A DNA stretch of 64,000 nucleotides from a virus (taxonomy: Duplodnaviria > Caudoviricetes): the IMG/VR virus record IMGVR_UViG_3300005614_000001, positions 52,929 through 116,928 of that record. One strand, written 5' to 3'. Within the stretch, counting starts at the first letter, position 1, and every line of letters begins with the position of its first letter. Positions 10,828-20,504 of this stretch are shown one piece after another. Under the pieces are notes generated by a model, which was not told the origin of the DNA, did not search any database, and worked only from the letters and a program-made list of their open reading frames with translations. Position numbers and translations under genes: made by a program.

Positions 10828-11495
10828 TATTCTTCTTTATCATCAACCTGCCTGTTCTCTTTTGTTCTTTCAAAAGTTTCCAGAAGGGTTTTATATGTCT
10901 CCTGTACCACTCCTGATTCTAAAAACCCTGGGCATTTAAATTCCAGATCTAATGGATTAGTGGGGCATGGAGGAGGATTATCACAAGTATATAATTGAAA
11001 ATCTACATCATCTTCAAATAGAGCTATAATAGACACTAACTCTATATTTGGATCAGTTATGTACAGATATTTATCTGTGCCCACCCAAAAGTATTTGTCA
11101 ACATTTTTCATCCCCAACTGTAGCATATTCACATATCTGTTAGGAGAGGTCTGTTTAAAAGATACTCTTTTATCCACTGAGTATACCCCCTGTACTAATA
11201 CTCCATATATTCCTTCTGCAAGCTTTGGAAGTGGTTCTTTTGACTTTGCCATCATACAGTCAGACTGATAACTACAGCAAGAGGATACAGGAACTTCTTC
11301 CATTTCTATACATGAAAGAGTAGTAAAGATATTAGGAGAAGCAAGAAGTCTTCTCCTATCAGTTTGTTGCTTTATAAACTTAAGAGCAGTGGAACGAAGT
11401 TCAGCAGCAATAGCCCTGTCAGATATAAGAATATCCATGCTATTTAACTTTAGCATACTCCTTACTCTACTACAATTATCTCTTAGTGTTGGCAT
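10827..11495 (-). CDS. Tail ring protein
   Basis: 222 aa; ISDRAI...TLSCIEMEEV...CC motif; conserved crAss position; 1-nt overlap with the next gene. Confidence 0.6.
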   Translation of the reverse strand: MPTLRDNCSRVRSMLKLNSMDILISDRAIAAELRSTALKFIKQQTDRRRLLASPNIFTTLSCIEMEEVPVSSCCSYQSDCMMAKSKEPLPKLAEGIYGVLVQGVYSVDKRVSFKQTSPNRYVNMLQLGMKNVDKYFWVGTDKYLYITDPNIELVSIIALFEDDVDFQLYTCDNPPPCPTNPLDLEFKCPGFLESGVVQETYKTLLETFERTKENRQVDDKEE

Positions 11496-12731
11496 TTATA
11501 AAACTTCTTTATATATATCTGTCATCCCTGCTTTTTCTTCTATCAGAAATGCAGTCATTTCTGCTTTAGTGGTGGTATATCCATTACGGCTATCCCACCA
11601 TGATTTACTTTTTGACAGTGCCGGAACCTGATAGAATTTTATTCCTCCTATACTTTTACTTAATTCTACATGTTTATCTCCTGTAAAAACAAAGTAATGG
11701 TCACAACTACTCCAGTGTTCTTTAAACTCTATTGGAAAGTTCTGTGCTAATTTCTCTGGTTTCATCTCATCACCATGATTAAACATCATAGCTGTATTAG
11801 AGAATTTTACATATTTTGTATAAGATGGAGAAATATCTATTTCTATATTCTTTTGGTCTTTATAATATACTCTTAACCAAGATGCTATGTGCCAGCCAGA
11901 GAAATTATCATGATTGCCCGGTATATAAATAACTTCTATACTATCACTGTATTTTAGTAGTTGATTTATAACATTTACTTCATGATAACACACAGCCTGG
12001 AAAGAAGTCTGATACCCTAATATATTCTGCTGTGGAGTACCTTTTGTAGTAGTTTCTGTCCACTCACTGTTTAATTCATCACTACCTATTATATAAATAA
12101 GCTTTTGTAAATTACTCCCGGTAGCTGCTTTCTTGAGTATCTTCTCGACTTTACCTTCTACTTCTGAAAATCTTTCTGTAATATCATTATTACCATTTAT
12201 ATCATATTTATTATAGTGTGCATCCTGTTTATTTATAACAAGACAACTATTTGTAGATATAGATGATAACTTCTTCTTTTCTATTACTTTATGTGGAGAC
12301 TTCCAACTATCCAGAAATTCTATGAACTCTGTCTGGAAAACCTGTGTCTTTGTTATTTTGGTGAACCAGGCACTTACTAACCAACCTTTTGCTTTTCCTT
12401 TACTCCAGTAACTACTTAATCTCCATAGTTCTGTGTCTATCTTATGATCTGCTATTACTTCCTCTGGCTGTGGAGGGTGGTCATAATAAGCCTGTATCTC
12501 TATACTTCCTTTCTCCAGGTTATGCCTTATTATAGTTCCATCTATTGTGCTATCCTCTTTATCTATTTCTTCATCAACTTCTTCTGTTTCTTTTATTTCC
12601 CTAAGTTCTTTCTTTAATTGTTCTACTTCTGTTTCTGTCACCCCCAGTATCTGTGCATAATATCTATTGCTCTTCTTTCGCTTTAACAGAGCTTTAAGCT
12701 CCACTAGTAACCCATCATTGGAATTCTGCAT
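11496..12731 (-). CDS. Calcineurin-like metallophosphoesterase with N-terminal HTH
   Basis: Motifs QDAHYNK, GSDELN, PGNHD, NHGD, GDKH in the correct order; N-terminus YYAQILGVTETEV. Confidence 0.8.
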   Translation of the reverse strand: MQNSNDGLLVELKALLKRKKSNRYYAQILGVTETEVEQLKKELREIKETEEVDEEIDKEDSTIDGTIIRHNLEKGSIEIQAYYDHPPQPEEVIADHKIDTELWRLSSYWSKGKAKGWLVSAWFTKITKTQVFQTEFIEFLDSWKSPHKVIEKKKLSSISTNSCLVINKQDAHYNKYDINGNNDITERFSEVEGKVEKILKKAATGSNLQKLIYIIGSDELNSEWTETTTKGTPQQNILGYQTSFQAVCYHEVNVINQLLKYSDSIEVIYIPGNHDNFSGWHIASWLRVYYKDQKNIEIDISPSYTKYVKFSNTAMMFNHGDEMKPEKLAQNFPIEFKEHWSSCDHYFVFTGDKHVELSKSIGGIKFYQVPALSKSKSWWDSRNGYTTTKAEMTAFLIEEKAGMTDIYKEVL

Positions 12732-12845
12732 ATTAAAGGTTTGGATATTATGTAAAAATAATGAATAGTTCTAATATGTCAAAATCTTTTATAACTAAAA
12801 TGATGATAGACTGTTAGTTTTGTTAACTACTTTAATTATAATACA

Positions 12846-12874
12846 AAAAGGGCTGCTATTACTGCAAGCCCTTT
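12846..12874 (-). terminator. Intrinsic terminator after the holin gene
   Basis: AAAGGGCT...AGCCCTTT stem with a T-run on the minus strand. Confidence 0.5.
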
Positions 12875-12896
12875 ATTATTTTATCTATTTATATAC

Positions 12897-13259
12897 CTAC
12901 TGTTTAGTTGGGGTATCATCTGCACTTCCAGCACTGCCTGATAGAGTATCTGTTAGTTTATCTGCTTTCTTCATGAACTTATAAAGGATGCTCTGCCCCA
13001 TATAACCAATAGCTATATATGCTAATCCTGCCCAATCCCCTATTTGCTGTATAGTAGCTATTTTTTGGGAGAATGGGATGAGAACAGATACCACTATAAT
13101 AGATATAAGGGTTGGGATCCATTCCATTACCAGGAATGATTTGAAGTTTATCTTACCGGGAGATTGCTTATTTACATCATCCATTTTCATGAGGAGATGT
13201 AAAACAACTCCAGCAAATCCCATAAGGAATAAAAAAGACATAGAGAGTGTGGTATTCAT
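12897..13259 (-). CDS. Holin-like membrane protein
   Basis: 120 aa with three hydrophobic segments and a charged C-terminus. Confidence 0.6.
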   Translation of the reverse strand: MNTTLSMSFLFLMGFAGVVLHLLMKMDDVNKQSPGKINFKSFLVMEWIPTLISIIVVSVLIPFSQKIATIQQIGDWAGLAYIAIGYMGQSILYKFMKKADKLTDTLSGSAGSADDTPTKQ

Positions 13260-13385
13260 ATTAAATAATTTGTTATTTATAAATCGTTAATTAATGGTTT
13301 AAAGTGAGAATAAGAGGAATAAGAGGGTTGTTTAGACCCTCTGTTATTCCCTGGAGGAAAACCAATAAACCTCCTATTAGCTTAT

Positions 13386-15131
13386 TTATCTTGAAAGGGT
13401 TATAATTAACTTATAGTTACTTGGAGAAGTACCGTAAGTAAAAGGATTAGTGGTGAGGGCGGCTGTGGTTGCCAGGGTACCAGAAAGTGTAGTACTACCA
13501 GGAACCGGGTTATTTAAACTATCCACTACTGTTACATTATAGGTAAGAGTTGTTTGGTTATTATTTTTCATAACTAAAGTACCAGTTACTGGAGTAGATG
13601 CTGTTATAGTGTATGCACCTGTAGTAATAGATGCTCCATTTGCTATAACTGTAGCCCCACTGTCAAACCATGCTACTGTAGGAGAAAGTTGTGTAAACGA
13701 TATTTCTACCGCCATATCATGACCACTTCCTGAAGTATTTTGTATAGAGGCAGATAAAGTAGCTGCTGGAACCCCGGTAGTAGTAGAAGTTGTTGTGGTG
13801 CATGGCTGGCAATTACAAGCCATAGCACAGAACATTGCCAGTAGTGAAGGGTCTCCTAAAATAGTATTTAATACATTTGTAGCCTGGGTAACACTATTTA
13901 TTACAGGGGTTACATCCAGTTTATGTGTACTTGAATTATAGAATTCACTCCATGATATAATATTACTTACATCAGGGACCATATTGAGTTTATCTATTAG
14001 GTACCCAGAAACTGTATCCCCGGTAGCTGCTAATACTTTTCCATCAGGGCCTGCAGCAGTTATGGTCATCATCCCTGCATTCAATACTCCATTATCCAGG
14101 GTGATATTGTTCCCTGCAGCTAATTTCTGTACTAATGTTCCTGGAGATGAATCTGTATTATTTAAAGCTACTAGTCTATCCTGGTTTAAAGTACCGGTAA
14201 AAGATAGCTTCTTTCCTGCACAAGGATCATCACTTGCTACTGCTGTTAAAGTAAAATTACCATCTACCTGGGTTATTGCATTTTCTGTATCTGCATTCAG
14301 GTCTGTGATGATATTTTGTATAGTGCTTTGCAGATCTGTACCTGGAGTTACACAGCCAAAAGTAATAGCTGTATGATCGAAGGTTGGAAGAGTACAAAGA
14401 AGAGTGCGTATCTTTATTACTGTATCTGATAAGGTATCTGAAGTGCCTGGAGAAGATAGACAGCTCCCTACATTATTAAATGTTGGAAGGGTAACTGCAC
14501 TTGGAATAGATGCCTTTACCTGGCATATCTGGTCCAGGAGGGTATTTACTGCAGCCAGTAGGGTGGTAGGATTGCTCCCTACAGATAAACACTGACTCCA
14601 GTTGGCTGTTGCCAGGTTTGTAGTGATGTCTGTATTTACTGTACAAAGATTAGAAAGTATCTTTGTAAGGGTACCATTTAGTGTATCAGTATTTATAACT
14701 CCTACAGTGCTACAGGATGTAAGGCCGGGGTTATTTATTGCATTTATCTGGGTGTTTATACTTGCTATTGCTGCAGGGTAAACCACCCCTGTAAAATTAG
14801 TATAGGCAGTATTTAAATTACAGAACTGTGCAGATACAGCTTCAGCAAATGTCTGTGCTGAGTTTATAGTACAATTACATAATGCTGGGATACAAGAATA
14901 GTTAAAGCTTCCCCAGTTTATAGATATTCCAGCACAAATAGCTGTATCTAATGCCTGTAGTGCTGCCTGTAAAGTAGAGCTACTTGGAACATTGGAACAA
15001 GTAAGAGCCGGGCCTGAATATACTATACAGGAAGCATCTGTAGTATTTATACAGTTTCCGGGGTATGAGGTGCAGGGAGAATAGGGGCTGAGATAATTAT
15101 ATACAGTTCCTGAACAAGAGGTACAAGACAT
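13386..15131 (-). CDS. Cys-rich tail fibre / appendage protein
   Basis: 581 aa; CIVYSGPAL.C N-terminal motif, helical Cys-spaced repeats, poly-T linker and a beta-rich C-terminal domain. Confidence 0.6.
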   Translation of the reverse strand: MSCTSCSGTVYNYLSPYSPCTSYPGNCINTTDASCIVYSGPALTCSNVPSSSTLQAALQALDTAICAGISINWGSFNYSCIPALCNCTINSAQTFAEAVSAQFCNLNTAYTNFTGVVYPAAIASINTQINAINNPGLTSCSTVGVINTDTLNGTLTKILSNLCTVNTDITTNLATANWSQCLSVGSNPTTLLAAVNTLLDQICQVKASIPSAVTLPTFNNVGSCLSSPGTSDTLSDTVIKIRTLLCTLPTFDHTAITFGCVTPGTDLQSTIQNIITDLNADTENAITQVDGNFTLTAVASDDPCAGKKLSFTGTLNQDRLVALNNTDSSPGTLVQKLAAGNNITLDNGVLNAGMMTITAAGPDGKVLAATGDTVSGYLIDKLNMVPDVSNIISWSEFYNSSTHKLDVTPVINSVTQATNVLNTILGDPSLLAMFCAMACNCQPCTTTTSTTTGVPAATLSASIQNTSGSGHDMAVEISFTQLSPTVAWFDSGATVIANGASITTGAYTITASTPVTGTLVMKNNNQTTLTYNVTVVDSLNNPVPGSTTLSGTLATTAALTTNPFTYGTSPSNYKLIITLSR

Positions 15132-15162
15132 TTAAATAAATTTAGTTTTTTGAGATAGTATC

Positions 15163-16302
15163 TTAAGATAACCTTATGATCCATACACCATAAATAGTAG
15201 GCTGTCGGTTTTCGTGAGGGGTACCAGAAGGAGTATTTACTCCCATAGTAACTCCGGTATAACTTATGTCTGTTGCTACAGAGGCATTAAATGCTCCTGT
15301 ATTATCAGTATTAGCCAGGTTCCCACCAGTAATAGTTTGTGGAGATTTACTAAACACTCCATGGGTGTGTCCATTATCTGTTAATGGATGAGTGTGAGGT
15401 GCTTCTTCATTAGCTACCAGTTTATGCTTTACTTCCCCTTTCTTTGCCCCAATAGTGGTAGCATAATCAGGGTCATTATTATATACAGGATCTACTCTAT
15501 TATCCAGTGCCGGGCCTGTAATCCCTATGGAAGTGGCACCTGCAAACCCATAACCTCTCATATCAGGAGTACCGTTATTACCATTGGCAACATACCATCC
15601 ACAATAACCTTTGGAAGCCAGCCCAATTCCCGTAGCATCGAAGTTACTCATATCTCCAAGGTATGGGATGGGACACATTGGAGGGACCATTGCATTAAAC
15701 TGTACAATAGTATTACCATTACTATCTACAGAAGTACTCCTACCCTTATTACCACAACTAACTACATTAGTTCCTAAGAAGTTAGATATGATGTTATTTA
15801 TCTGAGTTATTATAGTTGGAGTAAGAGTTGGCCCTGCATCTACAGTTGTAGTAAGCTGCCCCACCTGAGTAGTGAGGGAACAAAGCTGGTTGATAGTGGC
15901 TTGCAGCACCCCAGGAGTAGTAATCACAGAGGGCATTGTAAGACACCCTGGATTAGTATAGGTAACGGGGGCGTTTACTGTAGCAGTTAAAGTAGCAATA
16001 TTAGTTACGTTACTGCATACAGTGGAGATAATTGCATTTAGAAACTGGTTAAGGTTTGGTTCTGCCAGCCCTGCAAGCTGAGAGGTAATAGCTGTACATG
16101 AAGCTATGACTGCAGGGGTGATGGCTAGTCCATCTATTATATTTAACAGGTTATTTGCTATCTCTTGTATTACTTCTGTTCCTGTATCATTGGTACATAT
16201 ACCAAGTGATGAGTATGGACTCCCTACATACTGAGTACAATCAGAAGAAGTTATAGTAGTACACTTATTAGAATTTGGGGTAGAGTTACAGCCGGAGCCC
16301 AT
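15163..16302 (-). CDS. Tail fibre with tail-collar domain
   Basis: GWYVANGNNGTPDMRG collar motif; GEVKHKL...HTH...GHTH...HENRQP short-fibre tip motifs. Confidence 0.75.
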   Translation of the reverse strand: MGSGCNSTPNSNKCTTITSSDCTQYVGSPYSSLGICTNDTGTEVIQEIANNLLNIIDGLAITPAVIASCTAITSQLAGLAEPNLNQFLNAIISTVCSNVTNIATLTATVNAPVTYTNPGCLTMPSVITTPGVLQATINQLCSLTTQVGQLTTTVDAGPTLTPTIITQINNIISNFLGTNVVSCGNKGRSTSVDSNGNTIVQFNAMVPPMCPIPYLGDMSNFDATGIGLASKGYCGWYVANGNNGTPDMRGYGFAGATSIGITGPALDNRVDPVYNNDPDYATTIGAKKGEVKHKLVANEEAPHTHPLTDNGHTHGVFSKSPQTITGGNLANTDNTGAFNASVATDISYTGVTMGVNTPSGTPHENRQPTIYGVWIIRLS

Positions 16303-16303
16303 T

Positions 16304-16585
16304 TTAACAGATTGAGTTAGTGAGGTTTTTTATTTTAGCAATTATCTGATCTATAGATATATCACATAGACAATAATCGCAATATAATTTTGCAGTTAAT
16401 ATCTCCCGGTAGATAGTAAGGTCTTCATAAGCATCAAAGTTTACATTTGTGTTAAACCCATATCTTATATTATCCAAAAGATACCCTGCATACTGGTATA
16501 TCTTATTGTCTATATCCTCCAGTATCTTTGAGTAAGGAATAGCCTGGTGATCATAGAAATCAGTAGATATGAAGAATTGAGACAT
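16304..16585 (-). CDS. Small structural protein
   Basis: 93 aa, translationally coupled within the tail operon. Confidence 0.5.
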   Translation of the reverse strand: MSQFFISTDFYDHQAIPYSKILEDIDNKIYQYAGYLLDNIRYGFNTNVNFDAYEDLTIYREILTAKLYCDYCLCDISIDQIIAKIKNLTNSIC

Positions 16586-16737
16586 TATTGACCTGTAGTT
16601 TGTGGAGGAGGAGTTTGTGCTGCTTTAATTGCCTGCTGTTGTTTAGAGTAACAGGACGGACACATCCCATTTATAAGCTGGCATGATTGCATCTTATTTA
16701 CACATTCCGGGATTTTACATTTTACTATTGCACACAT
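16585..16737 (-). CDS. 50-aa Cys-rich microprotein (below the ORF track cutoff)
   Basis: MCAIVKCKIPECVNKMQSCQLINGMCPSCYSKQQQAIKAAQTPPPQTTGQ*; TAATG overlap with the next gene; fills the gap. Confidence 0.7.
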   Translation of the reverse strand: MCAIVKCKIPECVNKMQSCQLINGMCPSCYSKQQQAIKAAQTPPPQTTGQ

Positions 16738-16748
16738 ATTATTGGTTT

Positions 16749-17276
16749 TTATTTACAGTTGCATTGGCACTTAGATAACTTGTCCAACAGAGAGTTGGCC
16801 TTCTTGTACATATCCATACTATCTACTGTATTGCAGTTATTAGAAGCTGCTACACTTCCTTCTATTAGAAGTCTTATATTACGAAGCTCATCTTTTAATC
16901 TCCCGTAGTATGCACCATTACATGAACAATGCAAGTCTATTGCCAAAAATGTTCTTTGATATTTACACATTATTTGTGCAGTCCTCATAAACATCTTCTG
17001 CACCCAGGTAGTGTCATTTGGATAGACAGAATATTTCACTGTATAAAGCCCATCCGGTAGTTCAGTATCAGGAGCACATCCTATATTAAATACCTGGGCA
17101 TTGTATATATTAACTGATTTGGGGGTAAATATAGTAGATACTTTATTAAACCCTGGAGCAGTAATTTCTATAGTTGCATTACTTATAGCTAAATGTGGGT
17201 CATATGCCGAAATGTCAGCAAGGGCCATTGAACTAAGACTATAAGTATCTACTAAGTTTAAATTAAGATTGTGCAT
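16749..17276 (-). CDS. Tail hub-like structural protein
   Basis: LPDGLYTVKYSV motif, Cys-rich C-terminus; crAss synteny. Confidence 0.6.
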   Translation of the reverse strand: MHNLNLNLVDTYSLSSMALADISAYDPHLAISNATIEITAPGFNKVSTIFTPKSVNIYNAQVFNIGCAPDTELPDGLYTVKYSVYPNDTTWVQKMFMRTAQIMCKYQRTFLAIDLHCSCNGAYYGRLKDELRNIRLLIEGSVAASNNCNTVDSMDMYKKANSLLDKLSKCQCNCK

Positions 17277-17278
17277 GA

Positions 17279-17731
17279 TTATATTTTACAAAACAAATTC
17301 CATTCATTTTGTCTTCTTGTAACTAATCCAGGGATAGATTTATGATTATCGAAATGCCACTGCAACCAATGAGGTTTTATAGTATCTAAATAACCTTTTG
17401 CATTTATTGCTTTAGCCAGAGATGATGAAGCAAAAGCTCCTCCTCCTATATTATATATCAAACTCCCCAAAGCATCTAATTGGTTCTGTGATAAAGGAAC
17501 ATGAATAACTTTCTGTACTATTGGGAGAACTATTTTATTTAAATGAAATAGGAGAAGTTCAGCAGCCCTATCCTTAGTTATCGGAGGATCATGTAAAGTA
17601 ACTTTAGTTCCATCTTCATAGTAAGTACTACCATAACCTATTGTCGGTACTTGATTTTCATCAGGATATGGAGATGACTTAAATCCTTCAGAGAACTTTA
17701 TAAGGGAGATACAGTTATTAGAGAAAGTCAT
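17279..17731 (-). CDS. GH24 phage lysozyme (endolysin)
   Basis: LIKFSEG...PYPD...PTIGYGST, LSQNQLDAL..YNIG, GLVTRRQNE motifs. Confidence 0.9.
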   Translation of the reverse strand: MTFSNNCISLIKFSEGFKSSPYPDENQVPTIGYGSTYYEDGTKVTLHDPPITKDRAAELLLFHLNKIVLPIVQKVIHVPLSQNQLDALGSLIYNIGGGAFASSSLAKAINAKGYLDTIKPHWLQWHFDNHKSIPGLVTRRQNEWNLFCKI

Positions 17732-17737
17732 TATGGT

Positions 17738-18463
17738 TTATTCAGTTTTAATCTTTCTTGCTTCTTTTAAAGCCTTTCCCATTATAAGCATTTGCTCATA
17801 TGTGAAATTATTAAGTTTTAAAGTATTACATTCCCAGCAGCATGGTACACAGTTATCTTTAGTATGACCTTTTGTATTATCTTTTCTATCCAGGCCAGAA
17901 GCTTGTTCTCCACAATATTCACAAGGTTGTATAAACTTATCTACTACAAAATCCAGGGTTATATCACAATCATAACCTTTCTTCTTGTCATATGCTTTAT
18001 AAGATTGTAGCTTTGTTCTGGCTGCATCTACTATATTCCTGGGTTTTACAGCTAATTCTCTTGCTTTTATTTTTTCTTCAGGAGTTGCAGTTCTTGCAGC
18101 TTTTCTCTTTTTATTATAACATATTTTACAATCTGTTAAAAATGCAGATATTCCTGTGTGATAGTAAAACTCCTTAAGAGATTTTTCTTCTTTACATGAA
18201 ACACATTGTCTTACTTCATTATTTATTTCTGGAGCTGGAGTTTTTTCTTTCTTAGCAAACTTCTCTCTCCTTTTTATATTCTTACAATCTTTACAGGTAT
18301 TTGAAAAACAGTTATGTATTTTATGATAATAAAAATTATCCATTAACGGCTTTTCTATTTTACATTCTTTACAAGTTCTAACTTCCTCTTTAGAAGTTTC
18401 TCTTTTATCAAAGGGAACCTGAGCTTCTGATAGTTGTGTTTGAAAACTTTCTTTGTTGTACAT
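17738..18463 (-). CDS. Free-standing HNH/His-Me endonuclease with tandem Zn-finger repeats
   Basis: CEYCG...GLDRKDNTKGHTKDNCVPCCWECNTLK; two N-terminal CxxC..K...F...CxxC repeats. Confidence 0.85.
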   Translation of the reverse strand: MYNKESFQTQLSEAQVPFDKRETSKEEVRTCKECKIEKPLMDNFYYHKIHNCFSNTCKDCKNIKRREKFAKKEKTPAPEINNEVRQCVSCKEEKSLKEFYYHTGISAFLTDCKICYNKKRKAARTATPEEKIKARELAVKPRNIVDAARTKLQSYKAYDKKKGYDCDITLDFVVDKFIQPCEYCGEQASGLDRKDNTKGHTKDNCVPCCWECNTLKLNNFTYEQMLIMGKALKEARKIKTE

Positions 18464-18487
18464 TATAGTAATTTTGGTTAACTACAA

Positions 18488-18517
18488 CAAAGATAAATAA
18501 AATTAATTAAAAACAAA
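18488..18517 (-). promoter_or_regulatory. Bacteroidota sigma promoter (TTTG -33 / TATCTTTG -7) for the HNH-lysozyme genes
   Basis: CAAAGATA 18488-18495 and CAAA 18514-18517 on +. Confidence 0.6.
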
Positions 18518-18544
18518 ACTTTATTTAAAATATTTATGGAAATT

Positions 18545-18587
18545 AAAAAGGGTAGAAGGTTTAGGTTGAACCCTCCTTCTACCCCTT
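18545..18587 (-). terminator. Intrinsic terminator after the auxiliary capsid gene
   Basis: GGGTAGAAGG...CCTTCTACCC stem, followed by TTTTT on the minus strand. Confidence 0.6.
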
Positions 18588-18619
18588 CAGGTATAAGCTT
18601 TAATGTATTAGATTTAATT

Positions 18620-19747
18620 CTATGGGATGAAAATTGTTGTGGTGCTACTTGTTGAGGTCGTACTTGTTGAGGTAGAAGTGGTTGTAGTAAAGTTATTACC
18701 AGTTTCATCTACCGGAGTACCGAAGAATGCTGTAAGGACAGCTATAGTACCTGCATTCTGACCTGTTGGGTTGAATATCAGAACTTCTTCATCTAATGGA
18801 ACACCCATGCTCCAGTTGATATTTTCAGGAGAGTCAAACTTAAGATAGTATTGATCGTAGAAAGTACCTGCTGTTACATAGCTAACTGTATTAGGGTTAG
18901 CATTGTTGAAGATATCCCATTTGAATAGTTCTTTACCCTGGGCACCTTGGTTATAAGACCACAAGTTACGTTCTACCTGTGCTACCTGACCAGACTCACC
19001 ACTTAAGAAAGTAGCACGTTGGAGGATAGTTACAGTAGCTGCCTGGTTACAGTTATCCCATACATTGTAATCCTGGGTTGTTTCAGGACCTGCATAGCAG
19101 AATGCCCAGAAGTCCATACGATCATATTCATAAGGGAATGCTGAAGGATCACAACGAGTACCATCTTTTGCAAGAGGGATACCTACCAGACTGAGTACTG
19201 AGTTAGTACCTGTACCTGTACGTGAAGCAAATATAAACTGTGATACTAAAACATCAGCATTTATCTTTGCTACAAATTCATCTACTAGTGCTGTAGGGTC
19301 AAGTTCTGTACATGGTGAAGTACCACATGCACAACATGGAGCCTGTACAGTGTATGAACGTGTAAGGCCATTGAAGAAACCTGTACGTATATAGAATGAT
19401 GTAAGACGCAGAGATACTGTTATGGTTTCACCACAAAGAATATTGAAGTTACCTATGGTAGTAATCTGTACCTGTGCTGTACTGTGAGCTGTCATTTTAT
19501 ACCAGTCACGTACATTTTTCAGATATATTTTATCCGATTTCTTACTGCCAACTCCCGGCAGTGATTCTATTCTACCTTGAGCAAGGTATACATATGGTTG
19601 AGCTGCCACATTAGCTGCAGTAGCCGGAGTAAAATCTGGTTTAAACACCCCAAATTGAGCTGCTGTCAGATCTGCAGTACTACCTGTTGTAGGAAGGGTA
19701 TTGCTGGTAGGGAGAATAAAAAGTGTAGGCAGTGAGAATCCACTCAT
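18620..19747 (-). CDS. Auxiliary capsid / decoration protein
   Basis: 375 aa, biased codon usage like the MCP, conserved position, Thr/Ser-rich C-terminal tail. Confidence 0.6.
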   Translation of the reverse strand: MSGFSLPTLFILPTSNTLPTTGSTADLTAAQFGVFKPDFTPATAANVAAQPYVYLAQGRIESLPGVGSKKSDKIYLKNVRDWYKMTAHSTAQVQITTIGNFNILCGETITVSLRLTSFYIRTGFFNGLTRSYTVQAPCCACGTSPCTELDPTALVDEFVAKINADVLVSQFIFASRTGTGTNSVLSLVGIPLAKDGTRCDPSAFPYEYDRMDFWAFCYAGPETTQDYNVWDNCNQAATVTILQRATFLSGESGQVAQVERNLWSYNQGAQGKELFKWDIFNNANPNTVSYVTAGTFYDQYYLKFDSPENINWSMGVPLDEEVLIFNPTGQNAGTIAVLTAFFGTPVDETGNNFTTTTSTSTSTTSTSSTTTIFIP

Positions 19748-19772
19748 TTTAAAGTTTATTTAAGGCGTGATG

Positions 19773-20501
19773 TTATTCATTATTTTTATTTCTTATCTGG
19801 TCATATTGCACTACAGGAATATTTCCTGTATCCATTGCCAGTTCCAGAACAGTCAAGTCAAGCAGTTCATCTGCTAAATATTCAACAAGTTCACAGTCCT
19901 GTGTGGATGATGGAGTACCATCGAAATGTATATAACCTTCAAAGTCTATTTTCTGTGGGTATCTTAAGTAGTTCAGATAAATATTATCTACTACAAAATC
20001 CCCTGCAGGGTCATTACTATATACTATTATATTGTTTGAAGAAATGATTGCCATTGTCTCCTGGTATAAGAATGATGGTACAAAGTGATTGTTAGCCATC
20101 ATAGTGAATAAATCACCATGCCTTATTACCCTTTCAATATATATAGTTCTGTTTGTACAATTTCCCCTACTGCATTCTGCATACATTTCCAGGGGAATAA
20201 AGTACTCATGTTTTAAAGTACTTATATCTGCCTGGTAGCTGGTGTGGGTTTCATCTGTTTTTTGAACCCCCATCTTTTCAAATGGCACTGCAAGATTTTG
20301 TACATCTTCATACCTTTTCTTGAAGCCATCCAGCCCAATCCCCAATGTATTGTTTGGGTCCAGCTTTTTCTTTACCAGTTTTATCTGCCCTTCATTTAAT
20401 GCAAGGACTTTATTTTCAAGAGGTATGCTCTGGAAATCATTTGAGGACAATTTATTTAGCCTCATATCTAACTTATAGAGCAGCTCTGTTACTGCTATCA
20501 T
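19773..20501 (-). CDS. Tail ring protein (crAss gene 74-like)
   Basis: LNEGQIKL...KKRYEDVQNL and YLRYP...CEL motifs. Confidence 0.65.
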   Translation of the reverse strand: MIAVTELLYKLDMRLNKLSSNDFQSIPLENKVLALNEGQIKLVKKKLDPNNTLGIGLDGFKKRYEDVQNLAVPFEKMGVQKTDETHTSYQADISTLKHEYFIPLEMYAECSRGNCTNRTIYIERVIRHGDLFTMMANNHFVPSFLYQETMAIISSNNIIVYSNDPAGDFVVDNIYLNYLRYPQKIDFEGYIHFDGTPSSTQDCELVEYLADELLDLTVLELAMDTGNIPVVQYDQIRNKNNE

Positions 20502-20504
20502 ACT

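Noticed and set aside
18478-18708. 76-aa minus-strand ORF overlapping the auxiliary capsid 3' end (possible frameshift extension)
   Set aside because: It runs through the terminator and promoter, no slippery site was identified, and it is a by-product of the Thr/Ser repeat
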